The notes: generated from the letters alone by a model not told the origin. A stretch of DNA of 64,000 nucleotides from Hormiphora californensis (GCA_020137815.1 CM035351.1:8060001-8124000); one strand, 5' to 3'. Counted from the stretch's first letter, positions 1-13,454 are shown. Made by a program: numbers and translations.

Positions 1-465
1 AAACATTCCCAGTCTACTTCTATTGGCCCAGGTCACTTCATGTGAACACTAGGGCCAATATAATAATACTACCGCCCAAGAAGAGGGCCCTAGGGTAGAC
101 TTTACATCCGTTTGTCTGTGAATCGCCACCACACCGATTATCCCAAATTACAGGTGACTGTATGAAGCCGTGTATGTTCTGAATATTTCAAGCTTTTATC
201 AGCTGACAGAGAAATTAGAGTCATGTAACAGGCTAGCATTTATTTTATATAAAATCTGTTTGATAAAAATGACAGTATATGGTGCATATAAAAATATAAG
301 TCGTGTCCTTCACAATCTCTGTCCATCAACCATGTCTCTCTCCCTCACATCACTGTCTGGCAGCGCCGACCCGATCTGAGAGCAATGAAACAAAACGGGT
401 TCTGGCACTGCAAGACAGCCCTACCAACCCCAGGGATATTCAGTATTCCCTTCCACACTGTGGTT

Positions 466-1440
466 CTATCGGTTGTAATCGGAACTATCAGTATCACTAA
501 TTTTCTTCTTCTCCAGTATATCTGGATCCGCAGCTAGGTTCTTCATCACAACCCCATTCTTGCCACCTGACCCCTTCTCCGCATCTGATCCATACTGCCC
601 AATGATGGCATTTGACCGGTACCGCACCCACATTCTACACCCCATAATGTAGGACCCCATAACAACCAGTAGGATAACCCATATAGCAATCATAGCTATC
701 TCAGTAATCCATTCCTCTAGCACACAGGCGAGGAGTCCAGCGAATATATTGACACACCATAACACAATGCCACACTGATAAAACCGTTCCTTATTTGTCT
801 GGAAGTGATGGAGATCCTGCTCGAAACTGTATCTCTCTGAGTCAGATAGTATCTTGATATTAATGGTGTTGGCAATCTTCTCGTTCTTCTCCAGAACCTC
901 CTGAACTGTCTCCATGAATGCAGGTGAGCTGCTGATGTTTCAACCGCTCCGTCTTGTCATAGGGAGCCTTCTGTCTTCTCCAGTACCATACTACAAGGTT
1001 CAAAGGGTACAGGGCTGGTATAAGGAATGGACGATTCCTGAATCTACGAGATTCTGATATTACGAACAACTAGGCAAGGAGGGAACGATAAGAAGGAAGC
1101 AGACTAAACTGAGGAAAACAAGAGTTACGAGGAAAAACTTCTGCAGAATACTATGGCGAATATGCTAGAATGTTCGTGAGCTGGTATAGCATAATCAACT
1201 AAAGTGTCTAGTAGTTTTGGTCCCCGAACAGTTATCGAGCAAAACGCAGGGGCAGGAGCTGGAGCGTTTTGAGACAAGGGACTATGAGGCCACGTGAAAT
1301 GCATGTGAACTTTACACATCATTTACAAGCACGTTGGAGTAGCAGACATGGAGTAGAGATGTTGAGTAAGAGAGGTTAAAATATACGTCCAGCTAAAGTA
1401 GGTACGAGTGAAAGGGCCGGACAAAGCAAACACAGCCATG
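466..1440 (-). CDS. Uncharacterised multi-pass membrane protein, frame-broken (pseudogene or assembly indels); possibly nested on the same strand in a MON2 intron
   Basis: ORF 466-915 has two hydrophobic helices (CGIVLWCVNIFAGLLACVL; IAMIAIWVILLVVMGSYIMGC). Overlapping upstream ORFs 860-1069 and 1125-1322 and a hydrophobic stretch (KFFLVTLVFLSLVCFLLIVP) join only through frameshifts or stops. Confidence 0.4.
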
Positions 1441-1734
1441 GGGTGAACTTAGGGTGAAATGTAAACAAAATTAGTCTAAGTGATTCTATCTATATTCTCT
1501 ATCTCTCTCTTTCATCCTCGCTTTCTCTCCCCCTCTGATCTCTATCTATCTTTCTCGCCCCTTCTTTCTTTTCTCTTTCTCTAGTAAAGGGTTTCTCTCG
1601 TTTCATTAGTCCCCAGTGGGGATAGATGGATTGGTAAATTGAGGTAAGCTGAAAGGTGCAAGACGGGCTGCAGGATAGGACAATTGCGTGGTGTACTGAT
1701 GATTGTGCCCCCAATTATGGAAAGAGAAACCAAC

Positions 1735-1975
1735 AGAGGCAGTGTATCGCTAGTTCAGAAACAGAGAGAGGGGTATCGCTAGTTCAGAAACAGAGAGAGA
1801 GGTATCGCTAGTTCAGAAACAGAGAAAGAGGTAACACTGGTTGGTCAGCTGAGAGAGAGGTAACACTGGTTGGTCAGCTGAGAGAGGTAACACTGGTTGG
1901 TGAGCTGAGAGAGAGGTAACACTGGTTCAGAAACAGAGAGAGAGAGGTAACACTGGTTGGTCAGCTGAGAGAGGT
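1735..1975. repeat. Minisatellite, ~28-30 bp units (gagaggtaacactggttggtcagctga / gtatcgctagttcagaaacagaga)
   Basis: About 8 tandem units in two related variants, read directly. Confidence 0.85.
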
Positions 1976-2484
1976 GCATGGGTCACACAGGAAGGAACAC
2001 AAATCGTATCACACAGGAACACAATTCAGCTTGATACACATGACGCGATGCATATATGCAGAATGAAACAAAAGGGTCTCGTACTACAGAGAGAGAGAGA
2101 GAAAGGAAGATAAGAAGCTAGCGCTGTCTCTTCGGTCGTGACTAAATAGGTGCAGTTCCATGGTGGCCAAACATATTGTAACAAAGTTATGCTCCTTTAG
2201 CTACAACTGTATGGGCTTTATGATCATTTGAAACATTTTACAATTGAATTGTCTTGTTCGAACCTCTCTCTCTCTCTCTCTAAGGAAGGAAGGAACATAC
2301 ACGAGTTTTCTACCCACTCTATTGATTCACTTGCCCCTTATCAGTGTCAGACTTGCATGTTCAACGCGACATGAACAAAATTAATCTACAATCTAGAGTC
2401 TACATATAAAATATAAAATTCAAAATGAGTCAAAAGGAACAGGAATATAAAGGTAGAGATTAGCTGCCTATGAGGTCACCTTAC

Positions 2485-5400
2485 CTAAGAGGTCTGCTAC
2501 CGGCGTCCCTAACACGGGAGGGGGAAGATAGGAGAGGGTACCCAGCACTAAGAATTCTATTATCAGATGTGGAAATAGCTTCTCATCAGACTTCGGACAA
2601 TCACCAATACACCTGAGGAAAGGTAGAAAATATAGCCTATAGTTGCATATATTTCTCTGCCTAGAAGCCCCCGTCCAGGCTATAATTATATGTGAACAGC
2701 ACCCCCATGCCATTACTAACCTGAGTGCAGAGATGACACCCGACTGGAGAGGTGTTAGTTTGCTGTCCTGTGCAGTTATTACAAATGGTAGCTCTGAACC
2801 AATAGGGACAGCTGACACGCCCCGAACTACACGTGACAAGTGGTGCATGTCCTCCTCTGTAAACCTGTGGAGAGAGAGGAGTCATTACTTCTTAGTTGGG
2901 GGGGTTCAACCTAAAAATTTCCATTTCCATTTGCCAAAATCCGGGTATCGATGGAAATTTTTAGAAATTTTTAGAAATTTTTAGAAGTTTTTAGAAATTT
3001 TTAGAAGTTTTTAGTACTAAAAATTTCCAAAAATTTCTAAAAATTTCCAAAAATTTCCATTGACCAAGAAGAGAAAAATTAACAAAAACTTGAAAATATA
3101 TAAACACAGTTGTCGAAGAACTGGTTCCTTTTCCTTACCTCTTGTGACAACTGAGCATCAATAAGTTATTGAATGATAGATAAGACATCGATATCATATA
3201 TTTTTGGGCAATCCGTACAATTTCTTCAGAAATCATAGCTTCATTGGACAACTAAGGACGCGGACGTCTCGAAAACTGATTTAAAAGTAAGTTACCAAAT
3301 AGCACAAGATACCTTATGTACTTATATAAGGTGCTATTTGGTAACTTACTTTTAAATATTCCTTCGGACGGGTCCTTTTACCATGACTAATGCTTAATAC
3401 CGTAGTAGATCAGGTTTCTTAGCACACAATATAGAAACTTAAACTCTTTTTTAAACTCGATAAGGGATATAGCGAGAATAAGTACTAACTTACTGTCGAA
3501 AACATGCATAGATTACCTGTCATTACCTTGGAATTGGGTTACCGACGAACTTATATAAACTTCTAAAAGTTTCTAAAAACTTCTAAAAATTTCTAAAAAT
3601 TTCTAAAAACTTCTAAAAATTTCTAAAAATTTCCATTTACTAAAAACTTCCAAAAATTTCCATTGTCCATAAATTTCTAAAAATTTCTAAAAATTTCTAA
3701 AAATTTCCAAAAATTTCTAAAAATTTCCAAAAATTTCCAAAAATTTCTAAAAATTTCTAAAAATTTCCAAAATAAAATTTCCATTTGCCAAAAAAGTGGG
3801 TATCAATGGAAATTTTTAGGGTTGAACCCCCCCCCCTTAGTTACTTAGTGAATCTCTCACGTGGCCTAAAAATACGACACGAAGTGTTTGAATTACTTCA
3901 TTTTCTACTGGGATAGTTCAATATTCAGCTGCTATAATAGTGCTAATACCTAGTGGACACTTTAGGGTAGATAAGAGGGAAGATCTTCATGAGGGAGGTC
4001 AGGAAGTTTTGAGATGGTGTGTCTTCTACAGCCCCTGATACCCCCAGGTAGGCATGTGTTATCTTGTGTCCCACTGTATACCACGTGTGCCAGGCAACAA
4101 ACCATAACTCAGCACACTCTTCATCGCTATAGTTGTCCTGGGAGAGGGTTAATGGAGATGTATTGAAGGTGGGAGGAGGAAGGAGTTCAAATCAGAGAAA
4201 ATCTGAATTACTAAAATTAGGTATATTGAAATGAGCTGTTTTGCCAATACAAGAGGAATAAACACCCGGATGCCCCTTCACTTACATTATCTTTAAGAAG
4301 CTCGTGGAAGCTAGCCAGGGCAGCAGAAGACACTTCGTTAGTTGGATTTAGTGCCCCACTTTCAATGTGACGTAGCAGTAATTCCCACGCTCCAGAGAAG
4401 TTGTCCAGCTTGAAGAGGATGTGACGCCAGGTTTGAAACACTCGGGCTACTCCCCCTATCGTACCCACCTAGAACAGGGAATATGGTGAGAAAGAGTTCT
4501 GGACCGTGGTTACTTGACGAGAGAAAAAGGGGGGAAGGGGCCTGCATTTATAACAGTAACGAGGTTGGATTGAAACGTTACCTGTGTCTCTGCCCACTGT
4601 TTACACGCGGTATTCCTGGTGTGATGTACTAAGATGGGGGCATCTGTTTTCTCAGGTATTGACTCGTCAGGAGCTGTAGAAGAGAGGCACTTCACCTCTT
4701 CTAATAGAGGGAACAACACCTGGAATTATATTGATTGTACAACTCAGAGAGAGATGGGTGAATGAAACAAGAATTAATGTCTCACAAAAGACTGTCCTCT
4801 CCGAACCGGGCCGAAGGATTCCCTGTGCATTAACAGTCATGTAGTATGACTCATTTATTACAAAAAAGAAGAATTAATATCAAATACCCATCAAATACTA
4901 CCAGAATAACACCTACCTTCCACAGTACAGTATTCCAGGTACTGGACTTTAGTAGATCACCCTGAGCACTCAGAGCGGAGAACAGCGTCTGACCGGCACT
5001 CTTCCTCACAGGAGGCCTGGCATCGATACAGAGGTCACCTATCTTTTGGAATAGTGATATCCAAAGATCATCAAAACACACGCTCTCTCCTGGTGATTGG
5101 TAGAGAGCACTGATGGGACCTGATATAATGGTCTGCTCAGGAAGTTCAACTTCCTTCTCCTTCTCCCCTTCTTCTCCTGTTTTGTCCTTGTTTTGGCAGA
5201 GGAAATCACTGATGTGCCACTGAGTGGGGGAGAGACAAATTCACATTTTACTATCCTGTATAATAGTAAGGTGGAAAACACTTTTTATAGGACCGAGGAC
5301 GGACTTATTGACTAACCAGTAGCCCGACGGCAGTAAGACTGATGTTCAACTCGACCCTCTGTAGCCCATATCCTCCTGTGACCTGAATACACCTTGCCAC

Positions 5401-8400
5401 ACAGGTGTCTGGTAGAATGGGTAGGAAGTCATTGACAAGGAGCTGAAGTGACAGGAACCCTGCCCGTACCAGTGCTTCTCTGGAAATGTGGTGGTGGGGT
5501 GTTAGGGCTGAATCTTGTTATGTTCTAACTGTGAGAGAGGGTTAGCAAGGTCAGCTGAGTCAGCACACGTTTAGAACTCACGATGATGTACGAGTGCTGA
5601 CTACAGATCCCAGAATGTGTAGAACAGGAGGCCAGGCACACTGGGGGAAGGCGTGCCCTCTGGAGTTCAGGATCTCCTGCAAACACTCCAACTGCTTCAT
5701 CCTAACGTCCTCACTTTCAAGTATTGACATACTGACTAGAGGGCTCATCAGACTTCTTACCAGCTCCTGTTGAGGTTAGTTTCAGTTAGTAAAATTATAG
5801 CTTAGATAGATAGAGAAAGGGTGAGAAATATCATTTTTGAGAGAGAGTGAAAGGTGGTTAAAAATGATATTGATGTGGCCAATACCATGTTTTCGTTAAG
5901 TGGTGTCTGGTGTTCAGCCTCAATTGCAGCACGTAACAACTTGGTCAGGGCCAGGGCTGCCCAAGTTCTCCGGCTAGGCTCCTTCTCCTGACAGACTACC
6001 AACAGATGTTGGGAGACTTGTTCCCACAACAACTCAAGTCGAGACAGATTCACAAGACAAGTCTCCAAGATCTTTCCAATACAAAACAGCGACCTCTCCT
6101 GAGAAGAGTGGAATTGAACTGCTACTCAATATGACGTGTATTTGTCTACTGCACAGGTGCTCACTGCTCATAAAGAGTCTTCTCAGTATCATATTTAGAT
6201 GATTCAATAGCTCTTTCTTTTACATTCTATGCCCTCTAATTCTTACTTTAGCTGTGTTTTCCCTGTCACTAGAGCAAAGAGCGCTGACAAGGTCTAACAG
6301 TGGTTCCTCGGCCAGGTACTGTGAACTCTGGAACAGTCGGGACAGCATGCTGCATATTATAGGCAGCTCAGAGTTGAGGGCAGCTGTCTTTACCTGATAA
6401 ACGAGGTCAGGATGTCTTGTTAGGGGACGCTCAGTGAGTTATAGTGATATTACAGACTAGTGATACTGTCACTCTGCCCCGGTGTGGTAGCACTGTTAGC
6501 ACTGTTAATCCCGGTGTGTTAGGTGTTACTGACTACTCACAACGTTAGATCCATCATGCTGATGGGCTAGCTGCCAACTGTCCGTTATCTGTTGGAACCA
6601 GTCCAAGGATCCAGGTGAGGTGGGTTAGTGTCCTGAGCAACATGGACCACCCAGACCCCATTACTTTCCCGTGGCAGTGAGCCATAGATAACAGACATCT
6701 CATACACTGGACATTCTTAGGCATGACAACATTACCAGACCCTTGTCTTCCTGAGAGGGGCAGGGTAGACACTAGACATATGTTACAATATCAGGGCGAG
6801 AGAGGGAGAGAGAGAGAGGGAGAACTTCTCTGAGAATGGGAACAGGGAGGAAGGGAGGGTCTGGTAGGACTGGTGGTTGGGACATCTTGTAACATACCTC
6901 AGCACTCTTAGTTCCGGTTATTCAAAAGATCGTAAGTGAGGGGGTAGAGAGGCTTTGCAGAGATGCTGTAATAAATGCATCTCTAGCAATGCCAATACCA
7001 AGAGCTCCACACAGACTTGTAAAGTCCTGATGACTCTTTAGAATTAGTTCCCTCGCTGTTTCGTCCTGTGCAGCGTCTAATAGTAGAGATAGGGCTGCTA
7101 GAAGACCGTGCCAGCTGGTGTTAGTCATCTCTGACACTGTGTTCATTAACTCCTCATCTCCACTCGCTTCAGCCTGCATGGATAAACAATGGTTAATAAT
7201 GGAATGGGGACATTGGAACTGGAACAATGTTATTGACGGAGGGTGTGTAACAGGTGCAACCCTGATGCTGTCACTGAAACTGCTAAAATTGTAAACTTTC
7301 CTCAGATCGGTGTCACCGCGCGTCCCACTGGTCACTGCTGCGCGCTGTGCCCGCCCCCATGCGTGTAACAATATTAACATTCAATAACAAATGGGGGCCA
7401 ATATCAAGATATTTTATAGACAATGGAAGTTTACTGTAGCTTGAAAGACAATAAAACAATATACATCACTCCACGTTATACAGACCTTTGTGTATTAATG
7501 TACATCGCTAATGTACCTGTATGTGATTCTGTCAGGATGCTATTAGTAATGTGTAGGAGGGCTGCATATGTTACACCCAGTGTATACCCATCTGTAAAGA
7601 GAGGTGCCTCACTCTTTTCCAGTGCTGACAATCTGGGGGAGGTACACAATTAGTAGGAGTGTGTACAACCATTAGCCACACTACTATGTACAGGAGCCAT
7701 GTCTTGCTCGACCCTCTTTTTCCTTCCCCGCCCCCATTGCTCCACCCCCCCCCTTTTTTTTGGTTTAGCCAAGTGTCCTACTCACAGAAGTGGTTTAAAG
7801 GTACTCCTCATGCTCGGTAAAGCTGATAACAGTATAGAGGTGCTACCAAGTGTAAACACTATACTGTCAGGTGCATTTTGTCCTAGATTTATCGGGCTAG
7901 CCACACCTGAATGAGAGGGGGGGGCATATGTGTTATGAGAGGGTGGTTGTTATTCAAAAGTAATGCAGTTTTGTATTTCTGATCTAACAAGTTTATAGAT
8001 TGTAACATGTTTAGAGGTAGTGGAAGTACCGTTTTGTCCGGATGTAGTTTGTCCAGTGAATAGGGACTGAAGGAAACCTCCCATCGCCCCAATTATCTCA
8101 TGAAATACTTTGCTGCTCTGGTCTTGTAAATCGTATCGTTTACACAAGTTAGATAGCAACCTCGGCTCACAACACACCTATAAAATCATGTAGTTTAGGG
8201 CCATTACTCCGACCTATTGACAGTTAACTAACTACATTTAGTTACAGTTTTTAGTTACAGTTTCACTGTCACAATCCCCTCTCCACATGTGTGTTTTGTT
8301 ACCTGGTGTAGAACCTCCAGTGCTACAGTCCGCTGCCAGAACGGTTTCTCAAAATCCAGAAACTTAACTATTATTGACAAGAATATCTCACACTCCGTCA

Positions 8401-11400
8401 CCTGCACAATGGTATAGTTTATCTAGCTATTATACAGGGGGACATGTCGATAGTGCTCAATCAGGGGGTGGTAATAAACAACATGTGTATTGGTTTATAT
8501 ATACCGCGAGTGCACATATCACTCCCGCTGTGCGCGACCATTTGCACGCTGAAATATGCACTGTGCTTCCGCGGGAGCGTGCAGATATAGAGGGAGCGGG
8601 ATATAAGTAAGAAATGTGTTCTCGCTGTGTTTTTACACCTTAATCACACACAAACACACAGAATATGACTGACAAGGTACTACACGACACAAAGTCTGTC
8701 AAATTACACTCACTCTCCCTCTTTCTCTCACTAATTATCCCCTTATCACGTTTTGTTGTTTGCTATTTCCAAGAATTTCAATCTCCCTCTCTCGCACCTC
8801 TCTCTTCATCTCTCTCTTCTTTTCACTGTTTCAAACTATCAGACATTGTTTCCCTTGTGTGTAAGAGTTGCAGTAGTGTCTGTTAGTATTTTTGAGTGTG
8901 TTTTTGCTTAGTTTGGACCTTGTTTTGTCACATCTCTGTGTGTGTAACCACCCAAAATTAATATTGTTTTGCTTGTAAAGTGTTTTCTCGCGGAATATAT
9001 ACTCAATAACGTCCTGCACGGCATGTGCAAGCGCCCCTATATCGCACTCGTTTCACTCGTGCAATATAGGTGTGAAATGCACTCCAGCTCCGCTGTCGTG
9101 CATTTCACCTCCATATACGCTCTGCAGTGCAGAGCGTATATGACGCGCTTGCACTGCGTGCAGAACGTTATGTACTATATAGTTTATCTAGCTAGTAAGC
9201 AAACATCTAGCCGGAATCTTTTAATTAGCGGTGATAATGTCAAAATAAACAGATGTGTGTCACATACCAGGGCATCATGATAGTTTCTCAGAAGACAGTG
9301 CACTATTCTGAGAAGTCTCACACACACAGGGAACAAGTTGCTGTCCGAGTTAGGTTTTGGTGCACCCCTACTGTGTTTTATAGTTGGAGAGAACAGCTTG
9401 ATAATCAGAGGACATACTCGCTCCTTCAGCAGGAATGTAAACTCTTTCTTCTGGGGATGTGTGTTGTGTTAATACCGGGACAGCGATCAGTGATACTGTA
9501 TGTGTTAGAACGACACCCTCTTTGTTGTGAACGCCTGGGACTTATAATCACCCAGGAATTAAGATGATACAAGCTGGATACAAGCACTATACTAACCTCT
9601 ACAAATGTGTTTTTAGATGTAGTCAGCACGTTTTCAAGAAGTTCCAAACTGAATGTCCTGGGTACATCCTTCACCCCAATCAGCCAGTAGGGAGGCTCCC
9701 AGTTTGCTAACTGGCAGATATCCTGAAGAGAGTGTGATTTGAAACAGGTGCATTACACATATTATATCAGTATTAGAGCATGTCTCTCTCTCTAGAGGGG
9801 GAAGTGCACTTGAGAGAGAGAGAGGGATTTGTAACCCTATCCATTTGCTAAAGTTGTGTGCCCTTATCTCCATCTTCTCCAACATGTACTGTGTAAATGG
9901 TACTCTGCATCTGGAGGAAAGCTCTAACGGTACATGGGATGTCAAAGAGCTGACGGAGAGCAGTGTGTTCTGTGCAGCTGCCTTCCACTATATCAGGGTG
10001 TCCAGTATCCCAGTCGGGGTCATGATAGTTGTCATGAATGTTCTATCTCACAACACCATCGGTTAGTGTGAATGAGATTCCTCTTCCAATATATATTGTG
10101 TTTTTAGTGTTGTGTACCTCTCCTCGGCCCAAGTAGGACTATAACAATGATCCAATGTCGTTACACCCACTACCATGTTGGACTGGGTCCAACTGGGTAG
10201 TTATACAACATCTTGTCCCCCTGTATAAACAATACCTTATACCACATCCTAATAACATACTACACATGTTATATATTCCATCAGGTAGTATGAACAGGAA
10301 CTCCAACTTCAGCCAGATTAATACGATAATCCGACTGATCAACTTCCTCTCTGCCTTTAATGGTCTCTCAATGCTCTTCTATTACTATGAAACCACTACT
10401 GGACAGTTCTCTCTTGGTAGGTCTAGTATAGTGATGAGTACACCTTCCCTTCCGAAATACCATCATTAGAATTTAGAAAATACCATCATTAGAATTACCC
10501 TATTTTACTCGCCCAATTTAATAGTGAAGTTACTCAACCCATTTCCTGTATTTCCTAGGTTCTGAGAAAGTGTTCCAGATTATTTGGAGGATAGTGGTGT
10601 GGGTTAGTTGGATGCTTATCTATGCCCAATCCCTTCTAAAGCTCTACCTTTATGCTTTGCGAGCCCGTAGTTACTACAAAGTCATATCCACTGGAGAGAA
10701 TGTGTATCTTGTACCAGGTTCAGATGACAAGACAAGGTGGCATTGTTTCCTCCTCATTGTGTTGGCTAATGTGGAGTTAATGGCCATCCTGTGGACCCAG
10801 AAGAGAGGAGGGTTCTCCAGGGTTACCCATATGTACACAGTCCCCTTCCTGGGCATCCAGGATATCTGCACCGTGGTGGTGTGTGGGGCATGCCTGGGCA
10901 TGTTGGTGTATCTAATGGTCAGACTACCAGTTCGGACTATTATGATAGCACCCATCGTATCCCTCCTTCTTATAACCCTCTCTACAGTCCTTACCAATTC
11001 TCTCATGTTCTTTGGGGATTTCACCTGTCTCCTCCCCATCTCCTACAGATTCACCTCCCAGACCCTTCTACAAATGCAACCTGGGTGTTTCATTCCCCTC
11101 GCCAAGGTAGTCACCTACACTGACTCCCTGGTATTCCCTCTAGTACTCCTCCTCACACACAGGAGAAACAGACGGAATATAGTGGACCTTTGCTGTCCCA
11201 TACCTGAACAACTAACTAACATAGATCAGTAATATCACCAGACGGAATATAGTGGACCTGTGCTGCCCCATACCTGAACAACTAACTAATATAGATCAGT
11301 AATATTATCACCTGAAATAACAGATACGCATCAGTAGCACACACCCCCATCTTCTCCTCTCCCTGCTCATCTGAAAACAAGGTGCAGTTAGTCACTAGCT

Positions 11401-12412
11401 GTTAGTGTGACGGAGGGGTAATAATATATTGGGACATGACAGAGAGGAGGGGAGAACATGACAGAGAGGTTGCTATCTCCAACACTTACTATGCTGTACT
11501 GATGTCTCTTGGTTAACCCTATCAAACACAACAGCCACGAGTTGACGAAGGGTGGCTGCGGAAGTGTTGGCTATCGTTGGATCTGGATTTGTGTACAATT
11601 GGAAACAAATAGCTATAGCCTGACGAGAAGAGGTGTTGTGTCAGGACTGACACTTTGCAGAGCTGTATTAAAGGGAAACATGTGTTTTACAAGATTTTAG
11701 AGAACTATACCTGAGACAAAGTGTCGCCATGTAGGAGCTTTGTTGAAGTCAGGAGAAGGAGAATGGTTTGTAATATTTTTAAAAGTTCCGTCTCGTGTTT
11801 GTGTAAATCACCTAATAATAAGTGTTGAAATGTCTCTTGTTAATTTTAATTGTTAATTCTAATTTAGATTATCTAAAAAGTACAGTTTCAATGTGTACAT
11901 TACTTACTCAACATCTTGATTATGACAGTGATGGAGGTGTCAGGTACTGCATCGTGGGAAATGAGCCGCTGGATACAGTTAATCGAGATAAATATCAGTT
12001 TGGCACTTTTAGTCTCACACCCCAGAATAAATGGCTGTATGACATCGTCTGACCGAGCAATCACTGAAAAATTTATTAATTAAAGTTAAGTCTTTGGGAA
12101 ATTACTTCACGGCACCGGGGGGGGGGGGATTTTTCATGACTGTTCGGGTTTTTTGGTCATTCTGGACCAGAAAGCAGCTGTGGGTTGGAAGTGGGAGGCA
12201 CAAACAACAACAACAACATGACTTTTTGGTGGAAATGTAGGGCAAATACCTTCGTTGATATGTTTGTCATTTGCAGCACTGAGACTACGGAGTTTCAAAA
12301 TGGCCCTCTCCGCAGCATCTTTTACAACCGGGTGTTTCCGCTTTGCTTCTGAGGATATGTTCCTTAGATCAACCTGTAGGGTATCTACCAAACTTTTCCA
12401 TTTCCCTATCAT
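2485..12412 (-). CDS. MON2: Protein MON2 homolog (Sec7/Arf-GEF-related Golgi-endosome scaffold), multi-exon, 3' end not seen in window
   Basis: Spliced GT-AG exons give MON2-type motifs: [24 protein letters not shown] (12250-12412), [44 protein letters not shown]|[133 protein letters not shown]. There is an apparent indel near 6960 ([12 protein letters not shown] frame). Confidence 0.93.
2898..3836. mobile_element. Non-autonomous foldback-type DNA transposon in a MON2 intron
   Basis: Terminal inverted repeats GGGGGGGTTCAACC(C)TAAAAATTTCCATT; subterminal arrays of 10-bp aaatttttag/ctaaaaattt units; internal hairpin at ~3281-3356; flanking direct repeat (c)ttagtt at 2891-2897 and 3836-3842. 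Confidence 0.8.
8413..9194. mobile_element. Intronic insertion bounded by a 17-bp direct repeat, with terminal hairpins
   Basis: tatagtttatctagcta at 8413-8429 and 9178-9194; near-terminal hairpins aggtgtgaaatgcac...gtgcatttcacct and catatacgctctgca-g-tgcagagcgtatatg. Confidence 0.6.
9884..11232 (+). CDS. Divergent 7TM GPCR-like receptor nested antisense in a MON2 intron (exons 9884-10061, 10285-10416, 10559-11232; ~327 aa)
   Basis: Phase-compatible GT-AG junctions; two N-terminal NGT sequons; seven hydrophobic segments; TM7-like [10 protein letters not shown] followed by basic helix-8 (HRRNRR) and CC. It lies between MON2 exons DAYLLFQ (~11312-11370) and DICQL (~9596-9722). Confidence 0.7.
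11170..11311. repeat. ~70-bp tandem duplication spanning the receptor stop codon and abutting a MON2 splice donor
   Basis: agacggaatatagtggacct...gatcagtaatat occurs twice with few substitutions. Confidence 0.85.
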
Positions 12413-13408
12413 CTCACTTGTTATACATTCCGTGTGTGCTACCTTCCTACACTGGATATATTCGTATATATAAACAAGATATCTTTTACAGAGGTTAAAT
12501 TATAGGTTGCATCAACGTCGGCAGGCCGCGAAAATCTATTTAAAGCATCTGTCGGCTTTTGCACCGTTCAAAATCGCAACATGTGCAGCAGAGAGCCATT
12601 ACGATCTGGGTGTTTAAAGGCCTGTTTACAGGTCTGTACTGCCAAAAGAAGTACCCTGCACCAAAATAATATGATAATGATAATATTGAAAATATTTTAA
12701 TCGCTTTGGAGCGAAAAGTGTTTATCTCGATCGATGGCTCTAACCACCAAACCACTCAACCGTTTTGGCTAATTCAAAGATTATCTGATAGGAAATCTTA
12801 ATCCCTAACTCAAACCCGAACCCCAGCCCTAATTCTAACGGCTAACCTCAAAAATCCGCGAGTGCTGACACTCAAAACACACAGATTTTACGTTTCCCTG
12901 CACGGCAGGCCAAGTGCCAATTCAGTAATTTTAATTTCTGCTGTTTAAAATACTAGGTGCACCTACCTCGCCTGCAATTTGCACAGTGCAAGTTACATTC
13001 GGGTACGAGGTATCATTGATACCGTATTTATCACAACAATTTATCAGATTTTGAAAAAAAAAGTAAGAAACGGCCATCTTGAAAAGAGAATTGAAAAGTT
13101 GCAGTTTTTTTAAACGCGTTAAATATAAATGCTGCTGCGCGCGCGTATGTGGTACGCGCAAATCTATTTTATGAAGGTTGCGCGGCGATTTCAGGCAGTT
13201 TTATCGTTTTAAGTTATATAACTCTTCATTCATCAATAAGTTAAAATGTGGTTTTCTGATGTTTAATTATGATAGAATATTCTAAAATATCCATTATGCG
13301 TTAACACAACACACCATTAATCATTATTCATTCATTAACCATCACCAGTGATTTTTAGCGAGATCTAGATAGAGCTTTGGAAAGCTTTGACCTATTGAAT
13401 TATCATTG

Positions 13409-13453
13409 ACATGGCCATGTCTAATTGATAATATCAATTAGACATGGCCATGT
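13409..13453. repeat. 45-bp palindrome (22-bp arms, 1-nt centre)
   Basis: acatggccatgtctaattgata-a-tatcaattagacatggccatgt. Confidence 0.9.
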
Positions 13454-13454
13454 A

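Noticed and set aside
11095-11150. Lys in TM7 of the nested receptor (LAKVV) suggesting an opsin
   Set aside because: The Lys is 11 residues before the TM7 Pro, whereas opsin K296 is 7 before P303; no other opsin motifs are present
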